The notes beneath the pieces were generated by a model. The model ran no database searches and was not told the origin of the DNA. It saw only the letters and a program-made list of their open reading frames with translations. Both the position numbers and the translations under genes were made by a program. 60,715 nucleotides of DNA from Neoconidiobolus thromboides FSU 785 (lineage: Eukaryota; Fungi; Entomophthoromycota), in NCBI GenBank assembly GCA_025603075.1, contig MU626384.1:1-60715 (forward strand), given 5' to 3'. Positions 22,706-36,899 of this stretch are shown here, piece after piece (the first letter of the stretch is position 1; each line of letters opens with the position of its first letter).

Positions 22706-25700
22706 TTAATTGCGTGGGGGGATAGGTGGTCTAGGTGGAGGTTTAACTTTACTTGAACCTGTGGGACTAGGGCGAGCTGGAATCACTGGTCGATTAGATA
22801 CTGGAACTTCTGCCTCTTCAGATTGATACTGGCTTTGAGGACGAGATGGGAACCTTGGATGTCCAGCTGCTTGACCACTAAGAAGTGAAGCAAGAGAAGA
22901 AACACTGTTAACACTACCTGTACCATTAGAAGAAGGATTTATAGGTTTGGGCTTAGGAGTAGGACGAGGTGGGATCGAAGGATTAGGTTTGGAGGCACTA
23001 TTAGGTTTTTGATATGATATTGGTCTGTTTGGGATAGATGGCGCTTGATAATTACTGGCTCCATTTAAATTTCCTCTAGGACTATCGTCATCTGTTTCGT
23101 CACGTGCTTGTTGCTGTCTAGCTGCAAGCTCTGCTTTCCAAGCTGGTATGACATTATTTGATTCTGAATCATTGCTTCCAGTATAAGGGCGAGGCTTTGG
23201 AATTGGACGTGGTGCAGGTTTGGGCTTAGAAATTGATACAGGAGTAGGCTTAGGCTTAGGCTTAGATACAGGCTCAAGTTCAGATTCATGATATTCTTCT
23301 TCATTAGCATAAGTTTCTACTTTTTGTTCAACCACTGTAGCTACTGAAACCGCTGGTCTTACTGTAGCTGGGGGTGGAGGTGGGGGAGCTTGCGCCCTTG
23401 GAAGCTCTTCAAGGTAATTTGAAGGAACCCATGATTGAACTCCATCTTTAATACCAAGCCACCAACCATTATCATCTTTTTGGGTAATTTCGAAGACATC
23501 ACCTTGTTTAAAGGATCCTTCTGGGCTAGCTTCATTGACAAAGTCATAAATGGCTTTATAAAGTGGGTTTGACGGTGGAGGAGGAGGTAAAACTGGGGCG
23601 GAGGGAGGAGGTGGTGGAGCGCGACCAGATGATTGAGAAGTTGTATGCGTATGAGTTACCTGTGCTTTTGGCTTTGGCTTTGGTTTAGAATAGGTTGTAG
23701 CCTTGCGTGGTGGTTCAATTCTTGCACAAGGAGGCTCAGAAACAGAATCTGGGGATTTACCAGAACCAACTGAGACAGTATGATTCTTATAGCTATCATA
23801 TTTATCTTCTTTCTCGTCCTTAGTAAATTTCAAAGTACCAGTTTTGTTGGATTTTTTAGAATATTCAATGCTAGAAGTTACATCTATAGTAATGCGGCTA
23901 TTACTGGTATCCTTTAAATGAGTACACAACTCAGTTTTAAAAATAGTATTAATAACTAAAGCAATGTCATCTCGTACATGAATTACTACCCAATCATCAC
24001 GTAATGTAGAAAGTGATGCTTTTGTGATGCTACCAAGTGGGACTTTACGTTCTAGCTTAATTTGAGCCATTTTTTTCTCGACAACTGTAGCAAGAATGTA
24101 TAAATTTTGCCCAGAAATTAAGAGAATGCGTGGACTAGGTTTACTTGATCTAAGTGGACGTGGAACTAAAAGTTGTACTTTGGAGCTAAAGATTGCCTTT
24201 TCACCTGCAGAAAAACCTGCAGCGCTTCTAAACAATGAACCTACATTCTCTGAATTTACATTAAGGTAATCACCATAAAACCTTCTCATAGAAAGTAATG
24301 AGAATCTACGACGCTCTTTTCTTGAAGATAACATTTGATGAGAAGAATCACGCACATGTAATTGAACAATTTGGTCCTTATTCTTTCTAAAACAGCGCTG
24401 GATTTTGGCAGCGCATTCATTTCTATAAGCCAAATAACGTCTCCAAGCTCTTTGGATCCTTGCTGCCATATTATGCCAGTATTTATCTCTAAGGCTTTCT
24501 AAAGACCAAAGTGTTTCTGGATGACGAATAAATGCTTTACTTACGCCTAATTGCCATTCTTCTTGTGGAATATTGATATCTCTTAAGATAGTTTCAGTCC
24601 CACTCTTAGCATCTCCTCTCCAAGTATACTCTCCAGCATAAGATGTCTTCTTTGATAACAAATAGAATCGTTCAACAAATTTTTCAAACGTTTGGCGATA
24701 AGCAAAGCCTGCTCTACGCACACGAATATTTTCACAAAGGCCTAAGTATTTGATTTGATGGAGGGACATGGGTTTTTCGTATTCTTTTGGGCTTTTACTT
24801 GAGTTTGGCTTTATACAACGAATATAAGAGGGTTGAGCTTTCATTAAATTAGTTACTAAAGCTCCAGCTGATGTTTTAATTCTATCACTTGCAGTTGGAG
24901 GACGACGCTTAGAATCTTGGTCTAAAAGGTCTGGGAAAAGCTGTTGGATAAAATCGGATTCGGAGGATTTTAATAAAGTTAAAATATCTTTCGATAATTG
25001 ATCCTTGTTCTTATCTGTCATACCACGGATCTCATATTTTACATCACCAGCATAATGTTTGATAATAAATTGTTGTCCACGTTGTTCCAGATGTGGATTG
25101 CTAGCACATAAGCCTAATCTTTGAACAAGGGATTGATCTGCAGCAGAAGGGTCAGCATGGGCAGTTGCACAAGCATCATTCATAGCTGCAAAGATACCGG
25201 GTGGGCGTTTTTCTTCAATCAAATCACATACAATTTTATTATTAAAGAATTTGATAGGGGTCCATTGAATTTGTTCTTTGACATATTCTTCTTGCTCTGA
25301 TTTTAATGTAAGCTCAATAAAAATTTGTTGAAGTTTTTCATTAACGTAGTTGATGCACAATTGCTCAAAACTATTATGATCAAAAATCTCGAACCCGTAG
25401 ATATCTAATACACCTATTATGTAATCAAAATTACCTTTCTGTTTTAAGGCTAAATTTACACGATCTACAATCCAATCAAACAAACGATCATAAAGAGCTT
25501 TAGCCATAGCATCACGAACAGAGTTAGCTTGATCAGCATTAAGAGGGACATCGTATATTGAACCTCGACGACCACCTCTTTTAGTTTCCATTACTCTAGT
25601 AGTCAAAGTTTTTTCTAAAGTACCACCATCTGATTGGACCAGATAACTTACAAAATCAGTAACATTTGAATCAGATATGTAACAACTGTTGTTATCTCCT

Positions 25701-27028
25701 TCAACAAACTGTACATTTCCTAACCATAATATTGAAGCTAAAACTCTATGAATATTAGTTTGCTCATCTTCTGATAATCCTATAACTCTCATTGCCTCGA
25801 TAGTACCATGGTATTCTTCAATATCGTCCATCCCATCCACTGTTAAACAACCACTTTGGCAAGTATACCAGTAACTTTCAGGACCAGATATTCCGAAAAG
25901 ATCTAATAATTTTAATACCCCATTTAATTTATATAATTCAAAGCTACAAACCTTTATACTCTTGAGATGCACCTAAACAAAACTGATAAAATATATGGAA
26001 ATTTCTTTCATCCTTGATTTGAGCAACTACTCTATTCTATTAATTATTAGTGTTAATTTCAAGCTAATAATAACCTTATACCTTTTCTAACAAATAGTTA
26101 GTAATATGGGCTCCAGTTGGCTCACCATGACTGTTAAATTGGATTTCAAGGTATTTTCCCTAAATCATTAGCTAATTCTTTACTTATTAAATATTATTTG
26201 TCTCACTTACATGTCGACTTGAATTATTGTTTCTCAAAGTTTTTGCACAACCAAAACTTTCTAACAATGGATTAGTAGCTAGCACCATATCTTTAACTTG
26301 TTTAATAGCATCTGATTTCCCTCCACTCACTGTTGCAATGTATTGCATAATCTATTCCAAAAGTTAATATATTTTTAAATAAAAATACTCCATTTTTACC
26401 TTTTTTGCTGCCTCTATTTTATTTAATAAATTTTATTTTAATATGAGTTTTTTGTCTTTTAATATAAACATACCTGTTTTACCAGCACCGGATTCACCAC
26501 TGTCAATAATCAATTATTATATTTATACATTGGTATTTATAATTACCTAATAATCACACATTGATTTTCTTTATAGCTAACCATATTGTAATAAGCACCT
26601 TCAGCAATAGCATAAACATGGGGAGGCATCTAAAATTTGAAAATTGATTAGCTTTGTAACATTTACAAAATTTACTATTACCTCTATCCTATTTTTACCT
26701 GTATATGATTTTAGAATTTCATCACTATAAAGACCAAGATCTTTGAAGGGATTAACACTGATTAATACGTGACCGATATAAGTCTAAATCTAAATTAAGA
26801 TTTATATTGAATAGCATATATTTGTGTTACATATATATCTCCGTTAAAAAATCGTTTCTCCAAGTTCTCATTGATAGCATCGTTATCGACTTTTGACAAT
26901 AAAGTCATATCAGATACACCTACTTGTTTCTTTTTGAAACTATCTGTCCAATCAGCTTTCTTTGGTGGCTATATAAATTAGTTTAGCATACTCTTTTGCT
27001 ATATAGTTTATGCTGTTTTTCTTACCAT
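22706..27028 (-). CDS. MYO1: Class I myosin (motor-IQ-TH1-SH3-Pro-rich tail); 9 introns, all in the 5' quarter
   Basis: [43 protein letters not shown]-site context [10 protein letters not shown]3 (YKAIYDF...GWWLG...WVPSNY). Confidence 0.95.
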
Positions 27029-27853
27029 TTTGAAATCTTTTATAAATAAAATTAAAATAAACTTGGTGTTGTCTTAATTTTGATTGAAATTTTGACAAGA
27101 ACTCGATTGATTGGTGTATTTGATTAAATTTTTTGGTGGCTTCTTTTTAGGAACCCTACGTTTAAGTTGAAATGCTTATTGATTGGCAGGTTTTACTTGA
27201 ATCAAATGCTATCGAAACTTAAAAAGTGTATAAAATAGCAGCAATTAGCTTTTGGTACTTGATAACTACATTCATTTATACAATAAGTTTTGTAAATATA
27301 TTGTATATTGTATAAAATAGTAAGAATGATAGTAAACTTTAAAGTTTCTTTAAACTGTATTTTTATAGGTGTTTTTTCGAATTTTAGTGTAACATTGCCA
27401 GGTATTAAAAAAATTTAAATAGTGGGAGATAGGTTGCTTTGCCATTAATTAAAAATAAAACTAAATACCTGAAGTTAAACTCAAAGTTAGTACTAGAAAA
27501 GCTCACTTTAAGAAAATTCGAATATCTGAATTAAAACTTATTTTATATGATTCCATTTCTGATTGACAAAACATTAATTTCATAAAAAATATATGGGAAC
27601 ATATAAATCAACCAAGCTCTTGGTATTTTTGCTATTGATATTAAAGTTGTTAATATTTTAACAAAAGTTTTCTTCCGAAACTACATAGTAACGAAAATGT
27701 TTTTCTGCTTCGGCATTTTGATTACTTTTTAGTTTACTTAAAGTTCAAACAAAGCATTGAGTAGTTCATAATAAACATAAAGTATGCCCATATATCGAAA
27801 TTAAATCTAAAAAATTAAGCTACAATATTATTATGAAATAAGATTCACTATAT

Positions 27854-27951
27854 GTGGATATACTTTTTTGCTTAAAAGTTTCACTAACAATTTTTCCACT
27901 CAAATAGCGCTTAAAAATAGAAAAAGTAATGAAATCAAAAAAAACATCCCC
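27854..27951 (+). mobile_element. MITE copy 6
   Basis: ATAT flanks; shares 27952-27955 with copy 7. Confidence 0.9.
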
Positions 27952-27955
27952 ATAT

Positions 27956-28054
27956 GGGAGTGTTTTTTTTAACTTCATTATTTTTTCCATCTTTTAAACA
28001 CTATTTAAGCGGAAAATTTGTTAGTAAAATTCTTAAACACAAAAATACATCCCC
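27956..28054 (-). mobile_element. MITE copy 7 (inverted, directly adjoining copy 6)
   Basis: GGGAGTG...CATCCCC with ATAT flanks. Confidence 0.95.
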
Positions 28055-28459
28055 ATATCTTATTTAATTTCAAAACATACAAAATACTAGACTTTTGCTT
28101 TTTTTAATAATTTACAAAATAAAAAAGTAAATTTCTACCCAGTTTCGTTCAGCACTAGATCATATAAACAGTGTCACATTTTTGATTTAATTAGTCCATA
28201 ACTTTTTACAACTTTAGCCTAAATTAGACTGGAAAAAATTAGTGAATCCTAACAAGTTTCTACTCCCTATATCCATGAATTTTTAAATTTCATCTTGCAA
28301 TTGAAATTTCCATCATGGTAGCAAAATGTAATTTGGTTGGCTTAAAACCACATGTTGCTTTTTTGAGTGAAATGAAAAACAAAAAAACAAAAAAACAAAG
28401 ATAGGTTGGGTTCATTGCTTTGTTTCTCTTATTGTTTAATCTAAGCTGATAACCTAACA

Positions 28460-31400
28460 ATGAAATTCGGAAAATATATACAAAAGAATCAAGTACCAGA
28501 GTGGTCAAGGTTTTTTGATTTAACATTTTTTATCCATGATCTTAGTTTTTAGATATTATCTATCTTATAAGAAACTTAAGCGTACTATTAAGAGGTTAGA
28601 AGGCGACATAAGTGGTGAAACTAAAAATAGTATAGGAGCTGTTGAAGGTATTATAAATTGAATAAGCACTAAATCTGTAACTTATTTTTAGAATTTAAGA
28701 AGTCTTTAAATACGGAATTAACCCGAATTGACGAGTTTTATCAACACAAATTAGCTGAATACACTAAAAGATTAAACAATATAAACAATAAATACCAAGA
28801 GCAAACGCTGAATATTCATAATAATAATCTTTCTTTAGATACAAGTAATTAATAATCATACTCTCTTTAAATAATGAATATTTATTATAGGCCATTCAGA
28901 TGAGACTAAAGCTAACGAAAAATCGAACAAAGAGAGTTTTGAGCCCCATATTGAATTAGCTCAGCTTATTCATCATCAAAAATCTCTTTTGTCTGCCTTG
29001 TTAGCTATTAAATTCCAAACTCTACAGTTGATTCAGTTCAGAGAAATGAACAATAAAGGTGTTATAAAAATATTAAAAAAGTATACTATTTTTTAATGGT
29101 CTGATATACTTTTAATCTTAACTTTTAGAGCAGATAAAAGATTTAACACTTCAATATCCCCCGCTTTTGTTAGTAAAATGGTAATTACAATTCAAATATA
29201 TTCGAAATGGCTCATGAAGCATTTTTTAGGAAGAAACTAATAATTTTTTTAGTTCAACTTCAATTACCGATTTGTTTCAACAAGTTAATGATGTCAGTGA
29301 TTATATACAAAAGGATTTACAAAAAACACTAACTTTTTTGGACCCAAGCTCCAATGATTATTCCAATTATGGTGCTATTGTATTAGAAAAACATCGTTTA
29401 CTTGTTAAAATATTGTTAGATGATGATGAAACTAAATTAATCTCTTTTTTAGTTACTATAAGAAAAGACATATCTAAGGATACTAATTCGAAAAAATTCT
29501 ATAAAGCAATTGAAATCTTATTTGAGCATATATGTTATTATGGGGCTGGAAATTGTTGTGTATTTCTTTTAAAAGAATATCCATGGCTATTAGAAGTAAG
29601 AGACTTAGATGAGAGATCTATCTTTCATAAGCTAGCCTTGTTTGGCACTTATAATAAAGAATTATCTAAAAACTCAACATCACCTCCTTTGAATAGTCCA
29701 ATTTTAGGTCACATCATGCTTTTAGATAGTAAAGCAAAAAAGGGCATGGGACAAGCCTTTTTAAATTCAAATAATAATTCACCTATGCGATTTGAAATTA
29801 ATGAGTTATTAAACCATGATAACGAGTCTTCTAACGAACTACTAAACAAGCAGGATAGCTTTTATATATTTGATATCATAACTAACTTTATAACTGAGCA
29901 CAAACCAGAGCTAATTACCCATACTATGGATATTGACGTTTTTGGTAGAAGACCTTTGCATTATGCAGCATTAAATAATTTCCCTTTAATTTACACATCT
30001 ATGGCTAAAGTAATTAATACTATTGACTCATTGGCTTTCTCTGAGTGGTGGTATGACCTTGATGGTTGTAGTCCTTTGTTTTATTCAATTTTAAAAGGAC
30101 ATTGCGAAGTACTCAGATCAATTTTGACAATTTTTCCAAAATGTTTAAACATTACCCTTACAACTTCAGAGCATGGTCTCCAAAATCCTCTTAGTTTAGC
30201 TTGTAGTTTAAATTACCCGGCTGTTCTAAAAATTCTGATTGAGTTTGGGTCGAATTTATTTTTAGTGGACGAGGCTGGAGAAAGTGCATTACATATGGCT
30301 GCAAGAAGCGGTTGTTCAAATTGTACCAAAATACTTTTAGATGGCGCAAGAGAAGATGCAGCTGCGTTAATTAATTTAAAAGACCACGAATCTGGTATTA
30401 CTGCTTTATCTCTAGCTGCTATGGAAGGAAATAAAGATATATGTGAGCTTTTTATTAGTTTAGGTGCTGATCTTACCATTGAAGATAAAAAATTATGGAG
30501 ACCATACGAACATGCTATGTTCCATGGATATATCGAATTAGGAAAACTGCTTGAACCTGAAATTAATGAACAGGATTTACAATTTGTAGAGCATTTAAAG
30601 GGTATCAATAAATTAGCTAAATCATTCTCTAGGAAACGCCTTATAAACGAGTGCGCTGTAGTGTTGACCTTAGGAAGAAATGACATTCGTACAAGCATTG
30701 ACCCAATCGTATTCTTTGAGAATAGTGAATTATTGACTGAACTTCAAAATTTAAAATTAGTAATATCTGTAGTAAACATTAACGATCCTTTAGCCAATAT
30801 TGATTTACCAGCAAGAGATGAAGAGCCTATTGTTTTACATTGTCCTCATCCCTCAATGCCACAGATCACATTTGATGTTGTTCCAAGATATAGTAGCAAC
30901 TGTAGTGAAATACTTGCACGTGGCTCTTGGCAAATCGGAACTAGTAACAAGCCTCCAGCTGAGTCTGTTTCTATAGCTTTACTTAGTGCTAAAACTATGA
31001 ACGTAATTGGGCACGTTAATTTTGAATGCACCATTGTAACACCCTTTACCCATGAAGCAATTACCCCATCAAGTATAGAAAGCAAATTCCACAAATCGAC
31101 TTCTGGTGGTTCTACTAGGTTAATTGGACATCGTGGTTTAGGTGCTAATCAAAAAGTTAAAGGGGAATCTTCATTGCAAGTTGGGGAGAATACAGTATTA
31201 TCTTTTATTACCGCAGCTTCTTTGGGTGCAGAATATGTTGAGTTTGATGTCCAACTTACAAAAGATAAAGTACCAGTTATTTATCACGATTGGACAGTTA
31301 CAGAATCTGGTTATGATTTACCGATCAATGCGTTCACACTAAAGCAATTCTTAAGTATTTATGAAAAAGTTTACAAGCTAAAAGATAAACCGGATTTAGA

Positions 31401-32228
31401 AAAAAGAATGAAAAACTGGGCGAAACCAAAAGAGATAAGCAAAAGATACTCAGTGCCACAAACGGGAGTTAGAAATCGATCTAAGAGCCTTGATCCCTTT
31501 AGTCATAACTTTTCTGATGTTAAAGAAAAAATGAATAACAAAGCAGGGTTTATTGAAAATGAGAAATTAAATGAGCAGGTTTTGGTCCGAGTGAAGGGAA
31601 ATAACCCAGATACTATACAAGCACCATTCACCACCTTAGAAGAAACATTTCAAAAAGTACCAGAGCATATCGGTTTCAATATCGAAGTAAAATACCCAAT
31701 GATAGATGAAGCTGAAGAGTATGACATACGTGGCAGTGAAATCGAATTAAATACTTTTGTGGATAGTATTCTATCAGTAGTATATGAGCATTTGTCTAAA
31801 CAAACACAAAGACCAGTAATGTTTTCATCTTTCCACCCTGAGATCTGTTTATTATTGAATCTAAAGCAAAATCACTTTCCAGTGTTTTTTTTAAATGATT
31901 GTGGATACTCTAATATGTGTGATCCCAGGTGTAATTCTCTTAAAGCTGCAGTATCATTTGCTACTGCTCATCAGTTAGAAGGCGTTGTTATTATTTGTGA
32001 TCCACTTTTAAATGCTCCTCGTTTAATTACTTCAATTAAACAAGTAGGATTAAAGTGTTTCACCTACGGATCCAAAAACAATGATTTACCTTCTGTTGCA
32101 TTACAGAAGTCAATTGGAGTCGACGCAGTCATTGTGGTAAGTATTGAAATCTAAAAATAAACTATAGTTTAACATATTCTTAGGACTCAGTTGCAGCAGT
32201 CTCTCGCAGTTTACAAACTGAAAAGTAA
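28460..32228 (+). CDS. GDE1: SPX-ankyrin-GDPD glycerophosphodiester phosphodiesterase, multi-exon
   Basis: MKFGKYIQ...PEWS.YYLSYKKLK (SPX), ankyrin repeats, IGHRGLGAN, GENTVLSF, YVEFDVQLTKD, FNIEVKYP, FSSFHP; last exon DSVAAVSRSLQTEK*. Confidence 0.95.
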
Positions 32229-32648
32229 AGCTGACGATATGCTTTCAGTTTTTGGCAATACCTTAGTCATAAATACCGAATTTATTCATTTAATAATCCA
32301 TATTCTATAATAAAAAATAATATATATTTTAACACTAATTCTTCTACGTTGAGAACAATCCTATATTAAGTTAGCTCAAAACAACATAAAATACTCTTAA
32401 AATGCTAGATGAATGTTTATAGATTCAAAACAGATTTTGAACTTAAATAGTTGAAAAGCAATTAGCTACCTTGAGTAATATATTTATAGATGATCAAATA
32501 AAAAATCCTACAGCACAGATGATACATAAAAAACAATTACAAAAAAGTTACCTTAAATCACTCCTCAAGTAATATTTAAACATAAAATAACTGAAATTCC
32601 AATAACTGAAATCAAAACTCCGCATTTTTAAACGAATATAATTAATTT

Positions 32649-33108
32649 TTATAAAAGGGATAAAAAGGACCACATAGATATAGAGATATTGAGAGTAATT
32701 AAAGGGGTCAACATACCCCAATAAGAGGATAAGCATATATTCCAACTGATTCCAGCTGTTACTAAAGCCATACTTGCTACTTGAATTTGCCTCTTTGCTT
32801 TGTCATCATGCTTCCAATCTTGACTGGAAAATTTATAGTTCGGGTCAACAAACTTTTGATAAAGATAATTATAAATAAAAACCCCTATAAACAAGAAAGT
32901 TGATAATAATGCGATGATATATGAAAAGCTAAAAGATTAGACATAGATATAAAAATAGCTGGAACTAATACTTACTTATTATAAACAGTTGGTTCAAAGA
33001 ATAAAATATTTACAACATGTAATTTATAATTAATTATACTTGTTGATATGAATAATAAGGCCATTATCAATGGTCGCACCATCTTTTTTTTAAATCGAAC
33101 TTGACTCA
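32649..33108 (-). CDS. Small multi-pass membrane protein, TMEM128-like, 2 exons
   Basis: Spliced ORF MSQVRFKK...EPTVYN|NFSYIIALL...DWKHDDK...ISWNICLSSYWGMLTPLI resembles the TMEM128 W..VW..LTP pattern. Confidence 0.5.
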
Positions 33109-33436
33109 TTTTAATCAAAAATAATAATTTTAAAATTGCAATTAATCCCTATTTGCCTAAAATACAAATGATGAACAATCAAAAGTAGAACAAGACTTAT
33201 ACTGCAATTTTAGTTTGTAATAATATTCCGGAAAATAATCTAGATAGCCCAAATAATATATATGAGTATCATTAAGAAATATACCGGTTATTTTATAATT
33301 AGATGGCTATAATATACCGATTTTAATTTAAAAATTACTCCCTTTAAAACATTATGAAAAACTTATTTATGTAAAAGTAAGCTTTTATTTTTCATTTTTT
33401 ATTAAAAATATAAATTCGTATCACAAGAAATAATAA

Positions 33437-34624
33437 TTAATTGGTTAATCGCCCTACTCTCATCGATGACATCAAATTACGTGCCCCATTAGAATGATCA
33501 TAAACATCCCCATTAAAAGCTTGAGTAGCGTCTTTACCTAAATAGGCACGTATATATTTAACACCTCCTGGATGCTCATGCATGAAGTTTTCAACATCAT
33601 GAATCACATTTTCAATTAATATCCAGCATTTGCCTTCTTCCTTTACCTTATTTTCATATTCTTTTAATGTAAAAGTAGGCAAATCTGAAATATCAACACC
33701 CCATTTAATTGTTGCTTTGACTTCGTCTAATTTCTTTACTTTCATCATGTATGCACCTTTTCTTACTTCATTTTCAGGGAATACTTTAAGATCATAACTA
33801 AGGCCAACTAAAGAAACAAGATAAATGAACCACTTAGTAGGATCATATTGATAAAATTTAATAGCATTACGATAATCTTGAGGGAACTCATGATGGAAGT
33901 TATGGTACCCTTCTCCCATTGTAATTAAAGCAGTAATGAAGAAATCTCTTGGTGAGAGCTTATCATCATAAGAAGCATCACCTAACCAATGAGCTAAAGA
34001 GTTGATACAGAAGGTAGCATGGTGAACAAGGACTAAACGAACGACGGCAGAGTAAAAGTAACCCCCTTCCCAGTCACCCCAAAAAACTCCTGGAATAATG
34101 GTAGGTAATATGAATCCCATGAACAAGGCTAATGGAACATAGTTTTGATGTTGGAATTTAACAATAGCGTCCTTTTCGAGATCATCGATTTCTGCTCTAC
34201 CGATCTTATCGGAGTCTTTCCTGAATATCATCCATCCAACGTGTGACCAAAGTAACCCCTTCTTTGAATTGTAAGGATCTTTTTCAGTATCAGTAAATCT
34301 ATGATGTACTCTGTGATCTTTGCACCACCACATAATAGATCCTTGTACTGCAGCAGAACCAGCAAGCATAAGGAAAACACGTAGAGGGGCAGATGCACTG
34401 TAAGACCTATGTGACCAATAGCGGTGGTAGCCTGCAGTGATACCAAGTTCAGATAAAACGAAATATAAGACTGCAAATATAGCGGTGTTAAGCTGTAGCT
34501 TAGCTTTGAGCATACCATAGACTGCAATAGTGGGGGTTATTGTTAATAATAAGGCTTGAGGCCAATTAATCTGTTGCCATAAAGGACGTTCACTCAAAGG
34601 GATCTTTTTAGTTGGCTTGGACAT
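33437..34624 (-). CDS. OLE1: Delta-9 acyl-CoA desaturase with C-terminal cytochrome b5, intronless
   Basis: His boxes HRYWSH, HRVHH and HNFHH; b5 HPGG motif. Confidence 0.97.
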   Translation of the reverse strand: MSKPTKKIPLSERPLWQQINWPQALLLTITPTIAVYGMLKAKLQLNTAIFAVLYFVLSELGITAGYHRYWSHRSYSASAPLRVFLMLAGSAAVQGSIMWWCKDHRVHHRFTDTEKDPYNSKKGLLWSHVGWMIFRKDSDKIGRAEIDDLEKDAIVKFQHQNYVPLALFMGFILPTIIPGVFWGDWEGGYFYSAVVRLVLVHHATFCINSLAHWLGDASYDDKLSPRDFFITALITMGEGYHNFHHEFPQDYRNAIKFYQYDPTKWFIYLVSLVGLSYDLKVFPENEVRKGAYMMKVKKLDEVKATIKWGVDISDLPTFTLKEYENKVKEEGKCWILIENVIHDVENFMHEHPGGVKYIRAYLGKDATQAFNGDVYDHSNGARNLMSSMRVGRLTN

Positions 34625-35509
34625 TTTAAAAAATAAATAAAACTTAATAACTTTCTGGACTTTTGTACCTTTATATATTGCAATATATTTTAATTCATAT
34701 CCCTTATGACGTTATTTTACAATAGAAACTACTATTCTTAGACATAACCTTGTACACTAAAATAGTTATACTGAGACTATAAAGCTTTAACTAAACTCCA
34801 GATAAAAACGAAGGCTAGAGTAATAAAGCAGCTGAGCGTTCGTAATCCTTTACTAGCTGTATACTATTGGCAAAGATCTCAAATTTTCTTCAAATGTTTA
34901 GCTTGGCTATTCTATATAATAATTTATCACTTTTTTTATCTATTGATAAAGTAGATTAACACACCCATAGCTATTAACAAGTCCGTAAGTCTTTTAATAC
35001 TCATGAAAGTTAAATACAACATTTCGTCAATATGTTCCTACGGACTCCATTAAAGCACTGTTTTATCTGTAAAATAATAGCTACTGTATTTGAGTTGCTT
35101 ACCACATTGCTTTTTATTCTCAAATACCAAAAATTCACTTTACCTTTTATGGTAATAAGGATGAATAAAATTAGTTCACTTTCAGATAATAATTTTATTA
35201 CCAGCTAACGTAAAGGAAAAATAGGCTAGGGGTAATTTATTGTAATTTTCCATTAAGCCAACTTGATTTTTAAAATTTCATTTATTTTCCTTGATTATTA
35301 AAATTGGTTTTAGACCCTATTAATATTATAATCATTATACATGATTCTCAGACAGAAGCAAATTATATAAAAAAACCATTATATTGTAATAGTGTTTATT
35401 CTTAAACTATTTAGAATAAGGGGATGTTCTAATCTTCTATAAAAAGATCGATGTTGTGTTCAAGAAACAGATTACAACAGCAAATATAACAGTGATTCAT
35501 TCATAATAT

Positions 35510-35605
35510 GGCGATGTTTTTGGTTTCATTACTTTTTCCATCTTTTAAGCACTATTTGAGTGGAAAAATTGTTAATAAAATTCTTAAATACAAAAATATA
35601 TCCCC
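35510..35605 (-). mobile_element. MITE copy 8
   Basis: ATAT TSD. Confidence 0.9.
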
Positions 35606-35943
35606 ATATGATGGAGTGGGTTTGTGCTTTACGGGTTAAGCCTATATGATAATGCCAAAAGCTTCAAATACAATTTAAATGAAAATAGAAATTTTTGATA
35701 AATTTCATTTAATGTCTTAAGTGATATAAAGTTTCAAGGGTTTAAATTAATAATTGAAATTAAAGCAATATGCTTACTTCATTGATCAATATTTAAATAT
35801 TTTAAAACCAACACTGTTTAAAATAAGGATTAAGCTTTAAAATGCTTTTACAAATAATAATTTGACTATAAAATTACTGCTACAGCAGTCACTAAAATTG
35901 CAATAGCTATATAAGAATCTTTATTTTTTAAACATAAGCAAAT

Positions 35944-36042
35944 GAGGGTGTTTTTTTTGGGCTCATTACTTTTTCCATCTTTTAAGCGCTATCTCAGCGG
36001 GAAAATTATTAGTAAAATCCTTAAATACAAAAATACATCCCC
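35944..36042 (-). mobile_element. MITE copy 9
   Basis: AAAT on both sides (35940-43, 36043-46), which shows the flanking 4-mer is a true TSD. Confidence 0.9.
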
Positions 36043-36454
36043 AAATATTTAATCAATTTTTTCTAAAATATATGATATGTTTAAAATGTTATAAAATAAG
36101 CAATAAAACAAAAACAGTAATTTATTAAATATAAATTATTTTAATTTCTTATAAATTTTTAGTTTTTTATTGTGCTTTAATAGTTATTTAACTCTAGCTT
36201 TAAAAATTGGTATAATAATTTACTTTAATCAATATTTTAATCACTTTTCCAGCAGTTTAGAATTCAGAATGTAAGCAAGCATTTAAAAAAAATAGTATTT
36301 TTATAAGATAAATTGGCCACTTATATAGTGCCTTGCTGTTTTTTATAAATTTTATTATTAGATTTATTTATAGTCTAACTTTGTTAATAAAAGTAGTTTG
36401 ATAAAGCTGTCACAACTCTTTTTCAAATATTTTTACCATTTAAGAGTAAAATAT

Positions 36455-36552
36455 GGGGATGATTTTTTGGCTTCATTCCTTTTTCCATCTTTTAAATGCT
36501 ATTTGAGCAGAAAATTTGTTAGTAAAATTCTCAAATACAAAAATACATTCCC
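36455..36552 (-). mobile_element. MITE copy 10
   Basis: ATAT TSD. Confidence 0.9.
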
Positions 36553-36899
36553 ATATTATGTTAAAATCCTGTCAAACATAAAGATTAAGCTTTAATAAAA
36601 TCAGCTAGACAAATATTTTGACCATAAAAACTGTCACTGACTACCTTAAAAAGAGTTTTAACAGCTGTAAATAAAATACTGTTGAATGTGAGTTTGAGAT
36701 ATCATTTTTAAACAATTTTAATTTAGCTAAGAAGCTTTAAAGCCAACATGTTGACCAAAAAACTTGGTCCTCAAAAAAACTGCACATTCTAATCACTTGA
36801 TCAAATTCAAAAGTTGCAAACAGATTAAAATGCCCCTTTTAAGCCCAAAACAGTATTTAATTTTTTACATTTTTGATTTAACTTCAATATCATTTTAAA

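Noticed and set aside
28290-28526. 78-aa minus-strand ORF
   Set aside because: Antisense to the GDE1 5' end and built from simple A/C repeats.
34780-35050. Possible IS5/Harbinger-like remnant (QLVKDYERS on the minus strand)
   Set aside because: One short motif only, with no TIR or supporting catalytic motifs.
36398-36595. 65-aa ORF
   Set aside because: Mostly MITE copy 10 sequence.
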